A DNA stretch of 64,000 bases. It comes from Actinomycetota bacterium. Its GTDB lineage: Bacteria > Actinomycetota > UBA4738 > JBJMLN01. This document shows, piece by piece, positions 46,818 to 56,776 of this stretch. The position numbers were made by a program, and so were the translations under genes. The stretch's first letter is position 1. Each line of letters opens with the position of its first letter. A model generated the notes under the pieces. The model was not told the origin of the DNA. It saw nothing but the letters and a program-made list of their open reading frames with translations, and did no database searches. The stretch covers positions 13,232 to 77,231 of the forward strand of contig JBJMLN010000038.1 of NCBI GenBank assembly GCA_045805285.1, given 5' to 3'.

Positions 46818-48485
46818 CTAGCTCACCTTGGCGAAGTAGACGTCGGCGTCGGGCCTCCCCTTGGGCCAGAACTCGTTCTTCACGGTGTCGCGGTTGTCCC
46901 CCCACGCGGTGTACGTGATGGACCCGCGACGGGTCGCGCCGAGATAGTCGCCCATGTAGCACGGAGCCGTGCTCGGATCGAACGCAGGAAGCGTCACGGG
47001 CATCGCGAACGTCGCGCTGGACAGGTTGTGACGGGCGTAGGAGAGCCCGTCGTGCGAGGTGGCGATCGCGGCCTTCATCGTCCGCTTGCTCGTCTGCTCG
47101 TAGTAGACGATGTCGACCCCGTGTGCGTTCGCCGCGATCGCCGGCATGAACGCGGTCGCGTGGCTCCGCACCGTCTTCGTGAACCACGACCGGCCGCCGT
47201 CGTCCGAGCGCGCGACGCGGATCGAGGACCGCCCGGGCCCGTCCCCCGAGTCGTACGTCACGAACACGGCTCCGTCCGGCCCGATCCCGATCATCGGGAA
47301 CTCCTGCGTCCGGACGTACCGGCCGGGACCGAACTGGAGAACGTTCGGGCACGAGAGCGGCGCGGAAACCGCTCCGACCGGCGACGGAGACGCGATCTGC
47401 GTCCCGCGCTGGAACGTCCGTCCTCCGTCGGAGGAGCGCGCGACCCACTCCTGCCGGCTGGGATACGTGAACGTTCCGTCGTCGGCGAAGCGCTCCCACG
47501 CGATGTAGACGTGGCCGGAGGAGTCCACCGTGATGTTCGAGCCGCTCACGAAATGAAAGACGTTGTGGAACTCGTCGTGCTGTGAGATCGGATCGTCGAT
47601 CACGACCTGCGGCCGGTTCCACGACACGCCGCCGTCCCGGGAGGAGGCGAGCATGATCCTGGTTCCCTGCCCGAAGGTCCTGCGCGTGTCGAAGAAGTAG
47701 TCCTCCGTCCAGGTCGCGTAGACGACGTCGCGACTCCGGTCCGAGGGATCGGGACCGACGGTGATCCACGGCTTGTCGGTCGTGACGAAACTGTCGCTCG
47801 TAGGCGTGCTGGTGAACCCGGTCTTCCGGCTCACGATCGTCGGCTTGTGGAACGTCCGGCCGTTGTCCTCGGAGCGTCCGACGGCGACCCCGAGCAGCGG
47901 CGTGGAGAAGTCGAGGTCGAGCGTCGAGTAATAGACGTTCCCGCTCCGGTCGACCGCGACGCCCGGGTCACCGATGTTGTTTCCGGGAAGCTTGTTCGGC
48001 AGCCGCGAGTCGTGGAACGTCTTGCCGCCGTCCGCCGACCACGAGTACCCGGAGAGATCAACCTTCGGCTCCAAGAACAGCGGGCTATGGCCGTCGTCGT
48101 TGTAGGCCACGACGACGTGCTTTCCGGAGACCGCGACCGACGTCTCGCTCTGCGTCGTCATGTCGGGGTCGCCGACACCGTCCCCCGAGGGGTCGTTCAC
48201 CCGCACGTTCGGCGCGATCGGTGAGATCGACTGACGAGAAACGTGCGACGCCGTCCGTGAACGCGGCGCACGCGGCTCGCTCTGGACACCGGCGAGGGCG
48301 TCGAGGGCACGCTTCGCCGGGCCGGACATCCAATCGACCAGCGGGCTCGCCTCCACCTTCGCGAGGAGATCCTGGTGATCCGACGGAAGCGTCTCCGCGG
48401 ACGAGACGGAGTTCAAGGAAAGGAGCGTCGGCACGGCCAGCATCCCGGTCGAGACGAGCACGGCGATCCAGCGACGAGCAGTCAT
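46818..48485 (-). CDS. Secreted BNR/Asp-box repeat protein (sialidase-like glycoside hydrolase fold)
   Basis: Signal peptide. Five Asp-boxes: SADGGKTF, SEDNGRTF, SRDGGVSW, SSDGGRTF, SDDGGRSW. Confidence 0.7.
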   Translation of the reverse strand: MTARRWIAVLVSTGMLAVPTLLSLNSVSSAETLPSDHQDLLAKVEASPLVDWMSGPAKRALDALAGVQSEPRAPRSRTASHVSRQSISPIAPNVRVNDPSGDGVGDPDMTTQSETSVAVSGKHVVVAYNDDGHSPLFLEPKVDLSGYSWSADGGKTFHDSRLPNKLPGNNIGDPGVAVDRSGNVYYSTLDLDFSTPLLGVAVGRSEDNGRTFHKPTIVSRKTGFTSTPTSDSFVTTDKPWITVGPDPSDRSRDVVYATWTEDYFFDTRRTFGQGTRIMLASSRDGGVSWNRPQVVIDDPISQHDEFHNVFHFVSGSNITVDSSGHVYIAWERFADDGTFTYPSRQEWVARSSDGGRTFQRGTQIASPSPVGAVSAPLSCPNVLQFGPGRYVRTQEFPMIGIGPDGAVFVTYDSGDGPGRSSIRVARSDDGGRSWFTKTVRSHATAFMPAIAANAHGVDIVYYEQTSKRTMKAAIATSHDGLSYARHNLSSATFAMPVTLPAFDPSTAPCYMGDYLGATRRGSITYTAWGDNRDTVKNEFWPKGRPDADVYFAKVS

Positions 48486-48616
48486 GGTCTCTCCTCCATA
48501 GCGGCCTTGACGGAACCCTATCCCCGCCGGTCTTTGGGCGCGACCGGCGGGTTTGGGGCTGTCCGAGCCAACCGATACGGTGGAGGCTCCGCCGAAGCGA
48601 GGAGCAGGCGCCCCCC

Positions 48617-49600
48617 GTGGCCACCTCAGCGATCGAGGCCGAGGGCCTCGTCAAGAACTTCAAGGACGTCAGAGCCCTGGACGGCATCGACATGGTGGCG
48701 ACCGAGGGCACCGTGTTCGGGCTGCTCGGCCCGAACGGAGCCGGCAAGACGACGGCGATCCGCATCCTCTCCACGCTGATCGTGCCCGACGCCGGCCGCG
48801 CTACGGTCGTCGGATACGACGTCGTGCGCCAGCCGGCGGACGTGCGCCGCCAGATCGGCCTCACCGGACAGTACGCGGCGGTGGACGAGCTCCTCTCGGG
48901 TCACGAGAACCTGTACATGATCGGGCGGCTCCTCGGCTTCTCCCCGGCGGACGCGCGGGCGCGCGCAACCGAGCTCCTCGAGGATTTCGATCTCTCCGAC
49001 GCCGCGACGAAGGCCGTGAAGGCGTACTCGGGCGGCATGCGGCGGCGCCTCGACCTCGCGGCGAGCCTGGTCGGGCGGCCGCGACTCCTCTATCTGGACG
49101 AGCCGACCACGGGCCTCGACCCGCGCAGCCGACTCGAGCTCTGGGAGATGATCCGCGCGCTCGTCGCTCGCGGGACGACCGTCCTGCTGACGACGCAGTA
49201 CCTCGAGGAGGCCGATCGGCTCGCGGACGAGATCGTCGTCATCGATCACGGAAAGGTGATCGCGGCCGGCACTCCGCAACAGCTCAAGACCCGCGTCGGC
49301 GGGCAGATCCTCCAGGCGCAAGCCGCGGATCCGCGCGACCTCGAGGCCACGGAGAAGATCCTCGGCCAGCTCGCCCGTGAGGGAGAATCCGTCCACAACG
49401 ACGGTCAGATCGTGACGGTGCCGATCGCGGACCGCTCGGCGCTCGCTCAGGCCGTCCGCGCGCTCGACGAAGCGGGCATCGCGGTCGACGACCTCGCCCT
49501 TCGTCGGCCGAGCCTCGACGAGGTCTTCCTCTCCCTCACCGGCCACGTCGCCGAGGAGGCGCCCCAGGAGGACAGTCCGAGCGAACGGAGCCGCCGATGA
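48617..49600 (+). CDS. ABC transporter ATP-binding protein, DrrA-like (ABC-2 exporter)
   Basis: GLLGPNGAGKTT, YSGGMRRRLDLA, LLYLDEPTTGLD. GTG start. Confidence 0.8.
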   Translation: MATSAIEAEGLVKNFKDVRALDGIDMVATEGTVFGLLGPNGAGKTTAIRILSTLIVPDAGRATVVGYDVVRQPADVRRQIGLTGQYAAVDELLSGHENLYMIGRLLGFSPADARARATELLEDFDLSDAATKAVKAYSGGMRRRLDLAASLVGRPRLLYLDEPTTGLDPRSRLELWEMIRALVARGTTVLLTTQYLEEADRLADEIVVIDHGKVIAAGTPQQLKTRVGGQILQAQAADPRDLEATEKILGQLAREGESVHNDGQIVTVPIADRSALAQAVRALDEAGIAVDDLALRRPSLDEVFLSLTGHVAEEAPQEDSPSERSRR

Positions 49601-50391
49601 GCGCCGCCACGGTCGCCGCGCCGCGGGTCGGGCACGCGAGCGCGTTCACCAACACGATGACGATCGCCCGGCGGAACCTGCTGCACATCAAGTCGGATCC
49701 CGAGCAGATCGTGGGGATGACGATCCAGCCACTCATGTTCCTCGTGCTGTTCGTGTTCGTCTTCGGCGGCGCCATCGCCGGATCGAGCCAGGAGTATCTC
49801 CAGTTCGCGTTGCCCGGGATCGTCGTGCAGGGCATCGCCTTCACGCCGTTCACGACCGCGCTCGGCTTGAACGTGGACTTCCAGCGGGGCCTGATCGACC
49901 GCTTCCGGTCGCTGCCGATCGCGCGATCGAGCGTGATCGCCGGGAGGATCGTGGCGGACGCCGTGCGGATCATCTGGGGCGAGATCATCCTCATCGGCTT
50001 CGGCGTGCTGCTCGGCTTCCGTTTCGGCGGCGGCTTCGCCGGCGCGATCGGAGCGTTCCTGCTCGTGCTGGCCTTCGGCATCTCCCTGTGCTGGCCGATG
50101 GCGTTCATCGGGATCACCGCGAAGACGCCCGAGGCCGTGAACACGTGGGGGTTCCTGATCATCCTTCCGCTCACGTTCGCAAGCTCGGTGTTCGTTCCGC
50201 CGTCGTCGATGCCGGGTTGGCTGCAACCGATCGTGAACCTGAATCCGATCACGAAGGTCGCGAACGCCACGCGAGGCCTGATGCTCGGCGGGCCCGTGGC
50301 GAAGCCGGTCATCCAGTCGATCATCTGGATGGTCGTGATCGTCGCCGTGTTCGCGCCGCTCGCGGTGGCCAGGTACCGCCGCAGGATGTGA
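49597..50391 (+). CDS. ABC-2 type transporter permease, DrrB-like
   Basis: 6-TM ABC-2 pattern. ATGA overlap with the ATPase. Confidence 0.75.
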   Translation: MSAATVAAPRVGHASAFTNTMTIARRNLLHIKSDPEQIVGMTIQPLMFLVLFVFVFGGAIAGSSQEYLQFALPGIVVQGIAFTPFTTALGLNVDFQRGLIDRFRSLPIARSSVIAGRIVADAVRIIWGEIILIGFGVLLGFRFGGGFAGAIGAFLLVLAFGISLCWPMAFIGITAKTPEAVNTWGFLIILPLTFASSVFVPPSSMPGWLQPIVNLNPITKVANATRGLMLGGPVAKPVIQSIIWMVVIVAVFAPLAVARYRRRM

Positions 50392-50459
50392 ACGGCTGCT
50401 GAACGCAAGAGGCCGGGGAGCGCCCGCTCCCCGGCCTCGAAAGAACTACCTGACTCGGG

Positions 50460-51314
50460 CTACATCCCCGCGGAAAGCTCGCTTCGGAGGACGGTCGTCG
50501 TCAGTGCTTCCTTGCGCGCGCGGAGGTCGAGGTACAGCAGGACGCTGACGAGCGCGCTGAACGGCGTCGTGATGATCTGAGCGATCGCGTTGAAGATCCA
50601 GCGGATGAACCAGCTGTTGCCGCCGATCGCGCTCAGAATGCCACTGACGACGGCGACGATGATGTACGCCACGATGATGACGCCGAACGCGTGCCAGAAA
50701 TGGCCCGACACGAGGTTTGCCGACCGGCTCATCGCTTTCGTGCCGCGACGGTTCTCGACGACGAGCGAAGGGATGCTGACCGAGAAGTAGACCAAGGCGA
50801 GGATCCCCGGAATCACCAACAGGATGAAGCCGAAGGCCACGGCCAGCCCGACGAGCAACCCGACGAGGACAACGCTCCCGATCCGGTGGAAGCCGTAACG
50901 GTAGCTGTCTTCGACGTCGACAGGGTCTCCGATCGTCGCCTGTGCGCCGGCCCGGATGATCGCCGCCTGGAGCAGCGCACCGATGATGATCGAGATCGCG
51001 GCCGCGATGATCCCTCCGAAGATCGCGGTGCCGACCGACGTCGAGCTCACCGTCACCACGTGTCCATTGATCGTGGTGGTGCTGGTCGTCGTGTTCGAGA
51101 CGGCGTAGTGCAGGATCAGCGCAGAGATCAGCGACAGCGGCACCACGATGATCGCGACGATCACGATCAGGCCCTGCGCGTTGTTCTTGTAGATCTCGAA
51201 CGCCGCGGAGAGGATCTCTCCGAGCGTCCTCGGCCGCAGGCTCCCCGGGCCCGGAGGCGTTCCCTCCGGTGGAGGTGGCGGCGGGGGTATCGGTCCGGAC
51301 GGAACGTCAGCCAT
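50460..51314 (-). CDS. Integral membrane protein with Pro-rich N-terminus (GDPD membrane-domain-like)
   Basis: PPPPPPPEGTPPGPG, then ~6 TM helices. Confidence 0.55.
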   Translation of the reverse strand: MADVPSGPIPPPPPPPEGTPPGPGSLRPRTLGEILSAAFEIYKNNAQGLIVIVAIIVVPLSLISALILHYAVSNTTTSTTTINGHVVTVSSTSVGTAIFGGIIAAAISIIIGALLQAAIIRAGAQATIGDPVDVEDSYRYGFHRIGSVVLVGLLVGLAVAFGFILLVIPGILALVYFSVSIPSLVVENRRGTKAMSRSANLVSGHFWHAFGVIIVAYIIVAVVSGILSAIGGNSWFIRWIFNAIAQIITTPFSALVSVLLYLDLRARKEALTTTVLRSELSAGM

Positions 51315-51429
51315 CGGCGGCCTCCCTCTGGTGGTTTGGTCCCCTACTCGGCGGAGCCTAGTGCCTCAGGTTCGAGAAGGGTGGGACGCAGGCACAGATC
51401 CGCAAGAGTCGTTCGGCGCGGCTCCGGCG

Positions 51430-53265
51430 TCAACGACGGCGGAGGACCTGACGCATCCGATCCGGCGAGACGATCGCGAGCCCGAGCAGGGCGAGGAACG
51501 CGAGCGCCCCCAGCAGGATGAGCACGAGGCTCAGAGGTCCTTCCATCCTGGCGATCCAGCCGACCTGCGGACGAGCCGGAAGTGGGGCCGCGTGGACACC
51601 GCCTGTCGTCACCGGCGGCAGCGGCTCGGGAGATGCCGTGCTCCGGTCGTGGCCCGACCGCGGATGGGGCGGAGAGAACGACGGGACAGGACTGCCGGCC
51701 GGAGACGGTGTCGAACCCGTGCCGCCGGAGCCTTGCGCGTTCCCCGCGCCCGACTGCTGCTGGGCTCCGGACGTGTTTCGGTTGTGGTCGCCGAGCTTCT
51801 TTCCACTCCCGTTCCCGGTGGGAATCACGTTGAGGTTCAGCCCCGGCGGAGTCGGCTTGCACAGCTGCTGAACCCGTTCTCGGAATCCTCGCAACGTGGA
51901 CTCCTCACCCGGCTTCGATGCGAGGTTGTTCAGCTCGTAGGGATCCGAGCGGAGGTCGTACAGCTCCTCCTCCCCAGTCGCATACAGCACGTACACCTCG
52001 TTCTCTCCGCGCACGCCACAGAACGACGGCGGTCCGACGGGGTCGCTCTTCATGTGCTCGAGAAGGAAGTCGCTCCGCCACGGCGGATGCGACTCTCGTA
52101 AGAGCGGCACGAGGCTCCTGCCCTCCGCGCCGTGGTCGCTGATGCCGGCGAGGTCGGCGATCGTGGGCGCGATGTCGATGTTCACGACGAGGTGCGAGTC
52201 CGTTTTGGCGTTCGACGTCAACGGGTCGTACCGAACGATGAACGGCACGCGGATGCTCTCCTCGTACGGGACCCGCTTCGTGTGCCACCGGTGCTCTCCC
52301 CATTCGATCCCGTTGTCGGAGAGATAGATGATGAAGGTATTACCGAGACGCCCCGTCTCGCGGAGCGCCGACAGCAGCTCCCCGACCGCGTTGTCGAGGG
52401 AGATCAGCGTTCCGTACTGGCCTCGCCGGAAATCCTGCACGGTGCGCTGGGAGTCGGCACCGAGCGGCCTGACCCCCTGGAGCCACTTGGGCTTGTCGGA
52501 GACGTTCGGCTCGTTGTAGCTCGGCGGATCCCACTTCGGCAGGTTCGCGAACGCGTTGCCGTCTCCCGGGGCCGGCGTCGCCGGAGCGTGCGGCGCCGCG
52601 GGATCGAAGAACACCATCAGCGGACCGCTCGTGTTGCGGATGTACGACGACGCCGCGTTCGCGAGGACGTTGGTGGAGTAGTCCTGTGGCTTCTTCCCGT
52701 GGTACTCGAGCGTTCCGTTGTCGTTGACGTTGTAGTCGTAGTACTGCGACTCCGCGAACGCGTACCACTCGTCCCAGCCGGGCGGGATGTATTGCCGGTT
52801 GAGCGCCGCATCCTCGTAGCTGTTCATATATTTGCCGAACAGGCCGGTTTGGTATCCGTCGTGATGAAGCCAGACCGGAAGCGTCGAGCGATCGTCGAAG
52901 AACTGAAAACCACCGTTCGGCGGCTCGTTTCCGAAGACCCCCGTCGTGTGGGAGTAATTCCCGGTCAGGATGCTCGTCCGGCTCGGACAACAGATCGCGT
53001 TGGAGACGAAGCCGTTCGTGAACCTGACGCCGTTGTCGATCAGCTGGTGCTTGACGATCGGCATCGTCGAGAGCTCATCCGCCCGCTGATCATCGCTGAT
53101 GATGACGAGGAAGTTGGGCTTGGTGTTGTGGGCCGCGACGGCGCGGCCGCCGCCGGATGTGCCGAGCGCTAGTCCGAGGAGCAGTACCGCGACCGTCGCT
53201 CCGGCGAGCGCGGCTCGGCGACGGTTCCGCTCCGGAGCGCTGCGTGACGGTGATATGGCGCTCAT
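51430..53265 (-). CDS. Arylsulfatase-family (formylglycine-dependent) sulfatase with C-terminal linker plus TM anchor
   Basis: CCPSRTSILTGNYSHTTGV (CxPxR fGly motif). Tat-like RNRRRAALAGATVAVLLL signal. Pro/Gly/Ser linker, then LSLVLILLGALAFLALLGLAIV followed by RMRQVLRRR. Confidence 0.8.
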   Translation of the reverse strand: MSAISPSRSAPERNRRRAALAGATVAVLLLGLALGTSGGGRAVAAHNTKPNFLVIISDDQRADELSTMPIVKHQLIDNGVRFTNGFVSNAICCPSRTSILTGNYSHTTGVFGNEPPNGGFQFFDDRSTLPVWLHHDGYQTGLFGKYMNSYEDAALNRQYIPPGWDEWYAFAESQYYDYNVNDNGTLEYHGKKPQDYSTNVLANAASSYIRNTSGPLMVFFDPAAPHAPATPAPGDGNAFANLPKWDPPSYNEPNVSDKPKWLQGVRPLGADSQRTVQDFRRGQYGTLISLDNAVGELLSALRETGRLGNTFIIYLSDNGIEWGEHRWHTKRVPYEESIRVPFIVRYDPLTSNAKTDSHLVVNIDIAPTIADLAGISDHGAEGRSLVPLLRESHPPWRSDFLLEHMKSDPVGPPSFCGVRGENEVYVLYATGEEELYDLRSDPYELNNLASKPGEESTLRGFRERVQQLCKPTPPGLNLNVIPTGNGSGKKLGDHNRNTSGAQQQSGAGNAQGSGGTGSTPSPAGSPVPSFSPPHPRSGHDRSTASPEPLPPVTTGGVHAAPLPARPQVGWIARMEGPLSLVLILLGALAFLALLGLAIVSPDRMRQVLRRR

Positions 53266-53313
53266 TCTCGGTCCTGGGGAGAGGCCGACGAAGCACCGCC
53301 GGTGCTTTTCCGG

Positions 53314-54153
53314 CTATCTCTCGCAGTTCTTTGTGTGGAAGTCGTTCCGGATGCACGTGTCCGTGCCGGAGCCGCCGTCCGCGTGGTCGACGCCGAGGCC
53401 TCCGTCGAGGTGATCGTGGCCCTGGTTTCCGATGAGGACGTCCTTTCCGGCGCCGCCGAGCTCGACGTCGTCGCCTCGGTAACCGATCAATCGGTCGTTC
53501 GCGGCCAGGCCGGTGAGCCGGTCGTCTCCGCCGAGACCGCGGAGCGTGTTGCTCTGCGCGTTGCCGATCAGGGAATCGTCGAAGCGGGAGCCGGTGAGGT
53601 ACTCGATCTGCGTGAGGGTGTCGTTGCCGGCGGCGCCGCCCGCGTGCCCCGTGGAGAGGTTCGCGAAGACCCTGCCGGTGGCGCCCACGTAGGTCGCGAC
53701 GTCTGTGCCGAGACCGCCCTGGAGGTAGTCGTCGTGCGGTCCTCCGTTGAGGACGTCGTTTCCGCGGTCGCCGACCAGGATGTCGTTGCCTGCGCCGCCG
53801 ACGAGAACGTCGTCGCCGTTCCCGCCGGTCACGATGTCGCGGTTGTTGCCCCCGAAGATGAGATCCGCTCCGTCGCCGCCTCCGACGATGTTGTTGCCGA
53901 GGCCCGCGCAGACGATGTCGTTCCCTCCGCGGGCGGAGATGAGGTCGTTCCCGCCGAACGCCACGATCACGTCGGCGCCGGTCGTCCCGGCGATCGTGTC
54001 GTCGCTGCCGGTGCCGGTGATGGTCGCGGCCCTTCCACCGCACGTCACCGCCGCGGCCGCGCTCCCGCCTGGAAGGAGCAGCGCCGGGCCGAACGCGAGC
54101 ATCGCGGAAAGCGCCAGCGCCTTCGAACGTCGTCTCCAGGCGAGCTCGCGCAT
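53314..54153 (-). CDS. Secreted RTX-like Ca-binding repeat protein (paralog family B, copy 2)
   Basis: Signal MRELAWRRRSKALALSAMLAFGPALLL. Same architecture as 22657..23481 (C..ATITGTG..DVIVAFGGND...GGNDIVCAGLG ... C...NCER). Confidence 0.7.
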   Translation of the reverse strand: MRELAWRRRSKALALSAMLAFGPALLLPGGSAAAAVTCGGRAATITGTGSDDTIAGTTGADVIVAFGGNDLISARGGNDIVCAGLGNNIVGGGDGADLIFGGNNRDIVTGGNGDDVLVGGAGNDILVGDRGNDVLNGGPHDDYLQGGLGTDVATYVGATGRVFANLSTGHAGGAAGNDTLTQIEYLTGSRFDDSLIGNAQSNTLRGLGGDDRLTGLAANDRLIGYRGDDVELGGAGKDVLIGNQGHDHLDGGLGVDHADGGSGTDTCIRNDFHTKNCER

Positions 54154-54197
54154 GCGGGGTTCAGCGTATTCCCTCGGTTTGGCGGACGCCAGTCGAG

Positions 54198-54731
54198 CTA
54201 GACGGCCGCTAACACGCCTTCGAGCGGGCGCGGAACTCGATCCAAGTCGAGCGCCTCGACGAGCGCGGTCGCGGCACGGAGCTTCCGACCGCTCTTCGTA
54301 CCGATGAAGCGATGGAGTTGCTCCTCCACCGGCTGGAACCTCCACTCCGGCTGCCGTTGGAAGGTGCGGAAGACGGCGAGCTCCCCCTCCGCCTCGAGAA
54401 CCTTCTGGACGCGAGAAGCACCCAGGGCGCGGATCAGCTCGTCCTCGAGGTCTCGGTCGCAGACGAAGAAGCCGAGCTCCTCCATCTCGGCTCGTGTGAG
54501 GTTGACGCCGAGGCCGACGCGCTCGAGACCGCGGCGGAAATCACCCTCCTCCGCTGCATCGCACATGCCCGCAACCGCGACGCCTGCGGAGACGTACCGC
54601 TCCAGGAACGTCGGGATGTTCTTCGACCCGCCCATCGCGACGACCGAGACGGCATCCGCCGTGAGATCTCGAGCCCGACGCGCGGCGAGCCGCTCGAGCG
54701 CCGCCCAATCGCTCTCTCCCTCGACAAGCAC
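54198..54731 (-). CDS. Standalone Toprim-like domain protein (OLD-nuclease C-terminal type); start unresolved
   Basis: VVLVEGESDWAALERL ... motif resembling Toprim catalytic Glu/DxD regions. Coding-like frame extends upstream to ~54790 (EREFKTVTGSVDRSDLRS) into the RTX3 3' end with no ATG/GTG/TTG. First usable GTG is at 54731. Confidence 0.4.
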   Translation of the reverse strand: MLVEGESDWAALERLAARRARDLTADAVSVVAMGGSKNIPTFLERYVSAGVAVAGMCDAAEEGDFRRGLERVGLGVNLTRAEMEELGFFVCDRDLEDELIRALGASRVQKVLEAEGELAVFRTFQRQPEWRFQPVEEQLHRFIGTKSGRKLRAATALVEALDLDRVPRPLEGVLAAV

Positions 54732-54796
54732 GACCGATCGGAGGTCCGAGCGGTCGACGGACCCGGTTACCGTCTTGAACTCACGTTCGTGCGGAG

Positions 54797-55306
54797 CTAC
54801 GCCTCGCAGCTGGTGGCGGTGTCCTGCGCGTCGATGACACAGGTGTCGGTTTCGGTCCCGCCGTCGACCGTGTCGTTTCCGGAGACGTTGTCCCGCGACT
54901 TGAGGAAGTCGTTGCCTGCCTCGCCTCCGGAGTGGGCGCAGTTCACGCCGAGGCAATCGTCTCCCTGTCCGCCGTAGACCTTGTCGTTCTGGTCGTCGCC
55001 CTGGACTCCGTCGTCGTCGGCCTGCCCGCGAACGACGTCCGAGCCATCGTCTCCTTCGCCCTGGTCGTCGCCCTGCCCGAGGCGGACGATGTCGTTCCCC
55101 TCGAGCGCCTGCACGTCGTCGGCTCCGGCGCGGCTGCAGATCACGTCGGCGCGGGTCGTGCCGTTCAGGCCGTCGTTCGCCGCCGTTCCGACGATCGTGC
55201 ACTCCTTCGCGGCGCCGGCAACGCTGCCGAGCGCTCCGTGAGCGAGCGCGGGCGCGACGAGGAGCGCCGTGGTCATGAGCGAGAAGAAGATGCTGCGGAG
55301 CCTCAT
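54797..55306 (-). CDS. Secreted RTX-like Ca-binding repeat protein, short (paralog family B, copy 3)
   Basis: Signal MRLRSIFFSLMTTALLVAPALA. CTIVGTAANDGLNGTTRADVIC...GNDIV...DTCV...SCEA. Confidence 0.65.
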   Translation of the reverse strand: MRLRSIFFSLMTTALLVAPALAHGALGSVAGAAKECTIVGTAANDGLNGTTRADVICSRAGADDVQALEGNDIVRLGQGDDQGEGDDGSDVVRGQADDDGVQGDDQNDKVYGGQGDDCLGVNCAHSGGEAGNDFLKSRDNVSGNDTVDGGTETDTCVIDAQDTATSCEA

Positions 55307-55378
55307 GGTTCCCTCCGATCGGGGTGGATCGAATGACGGTACCCACCGAGAAGGCGCAGGGCAAGCAGTCGGATGGCG

Positions 55379-56125
55379 TCAGCCCTCACGGAACGAGAGA
55401 TTGACCTCCGTGAGCAGCGGGATCTCTACCTCGGGTGGGAGCCGCTCGGCCCACTCCTCGACGGCGCGGAGGGCACGTGCCCGCCGGTCGTTCGGGAGCA
55501 CCGCGATGTCGCTGCTCGTCGCGATGAACCGCGGAAGGTCCGCCGACTGGAGCCGCCGAACGAACGGAAAGGTCGCGGTGCGAAACGGCCCGAAAAGCTC
55601 CGTTCGGTCGAAGGAGCCCCTCCAGCGCTCCTGGGCTTGGTCGATCGCCGACCCCTCCGGTGGGTCCTCCCCGGCGGCCTCCCACATCTCTTGGTGGAGG
55701 GTGCTGCCTTCGTCGCTCTCGATCCACACGACGGCGAGGGCGCCTCCGGGCCGAAGGACGCGATGGAGCTCGGGCACCGCCCGAGGGCCGTCGAACCACT
55801 GGAACGATTGCGCCGAAACGACCGCGTCCAGGGAACCGTCGCGGAACGGGAGCGCCTCCGCCTTTGCCCCGACGACCGCGCCATCGGGAACGACGTCATG
55901 GAGCTTCTGCCGCAGGTTCGGCGCCGGCTCCATCGCGATCGCGTTCATCCCGGCGGAAGAAAGGACCCGCGTGGCCTGCCCGGTTCCGGCGCCGGCATCG
56001 AGCATCCGAGAACCGGGCGCGAGCTCGGCCTCCGCGATGAACCAGTCGATCGGCTCCCGCGGATAGTCACGACGGAGGCGCTGGTAGTCGTCCGCGTCGA
56101 TCGAGGCGAACGGCGACGGGATCAT
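55379..56125 (-). CDS. Class I SAM-dependent methyltransferase
   Basis: SAM motif I MLDAGAGTGQAT, motif post-I, and RPGGALAVVW. Confidence 0.75.
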   Translation of the reverse strand: MIPSPFASIDADDYQRLRRDYPREPIDWFIAEAELAPGSRMLDAGAGTGQATRVLSSAGMNAIAMEPAPNLRQKLHDVVPDGAVVGAKAEALPFRDGSLDAVVSAQSFQWFDGPRAVPELHRVLRPGGALAVVWIESDEGSTLHQEMWEAAGEDPPEGSAIDQAQERWRGSFDRTELFGPFRTATFPFVRRLQSADLPRFIATSSDIAVLPNDRRARALRAVEEWAERLPPEVEIPLLTEVNLSFREG

Positions 56126-56776
56126 CGCTCCTCATCGCGTCGCCGCTTGCGCGCGATGATCCATAGGAACGAGATGGTCTCCCCGGTGGGCTCCATCTCC
56201 TCCTTCACCTCGGAGATCTCCAGGTCGAACCCGATGTCCCGGAGCGCGCCCTCCGTCGCGTCGCGGCCGATCGCGGCGAAGTACATCGGAACGTCGATGA
56301 ACTCCTCCTGCATTCCTCGTGCGCGCCGCTCGGAACCGACGCGCAGAGGACCCCGCCCGGCCGAAGCCGCTCGAAAACGTGCCGGAACGTCGGGACGTGC
56401 TCGGCCGCCGGAACGTGGCCGAAGACGTAGAACGAGACGACGGCGTCGAAGGAGTCGGGAGGAAACGCGACCTCGACGAGATCGCCCCGGATGAAGGTCC
56501 CGGACGGCACCCGCTCGCTCGCGAGACCGACCATCGTCCCGGAGAGGTCAACGCCCGTGTAGCGGCGTCCGCGCGCCAGCTCGATCGCGTCGAGCCCGGC
56601 GCCGCAGCCAAGCTCGAGCACGTCGGACCCTTCGGGAACACGCGCCAAGATCTCGGGGAGGAAGGCTCTGCGGACCTCGCCCGCTGTCTCGTCGAACCAA
56701 TCGCGGAGCCGTCACCGATCCGGTCGTAGCCCTCCGTCACGACCCGCTTCGGATCGTCCACGCTCGGGTCACACAC
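56122..56776 (-). pseudogene. Second SAM-dependent methyltransferase split across three reading frames (two frameshifts)
   Basis: KRVVTEGYDRIGDG (frame C) ... WFDETAGEVRRAFLPEILARVPEGSDVLELGCGAGLD ... LRPGGVLCASVPSGAHEE (frame A) ... QEEFIDVPMYFAAIG...ETISFLWIIARK (frame B). Junctions near 56660 and 56315. Confidence 0.55.

Noticed and set aside
54198-55364. 388-aa ORF 54198..55364
   Set aside because: Only the last ~200 codons are coding-like (Toprim). The upstream part is the out-of-frame shadow of the RTX3 gene.
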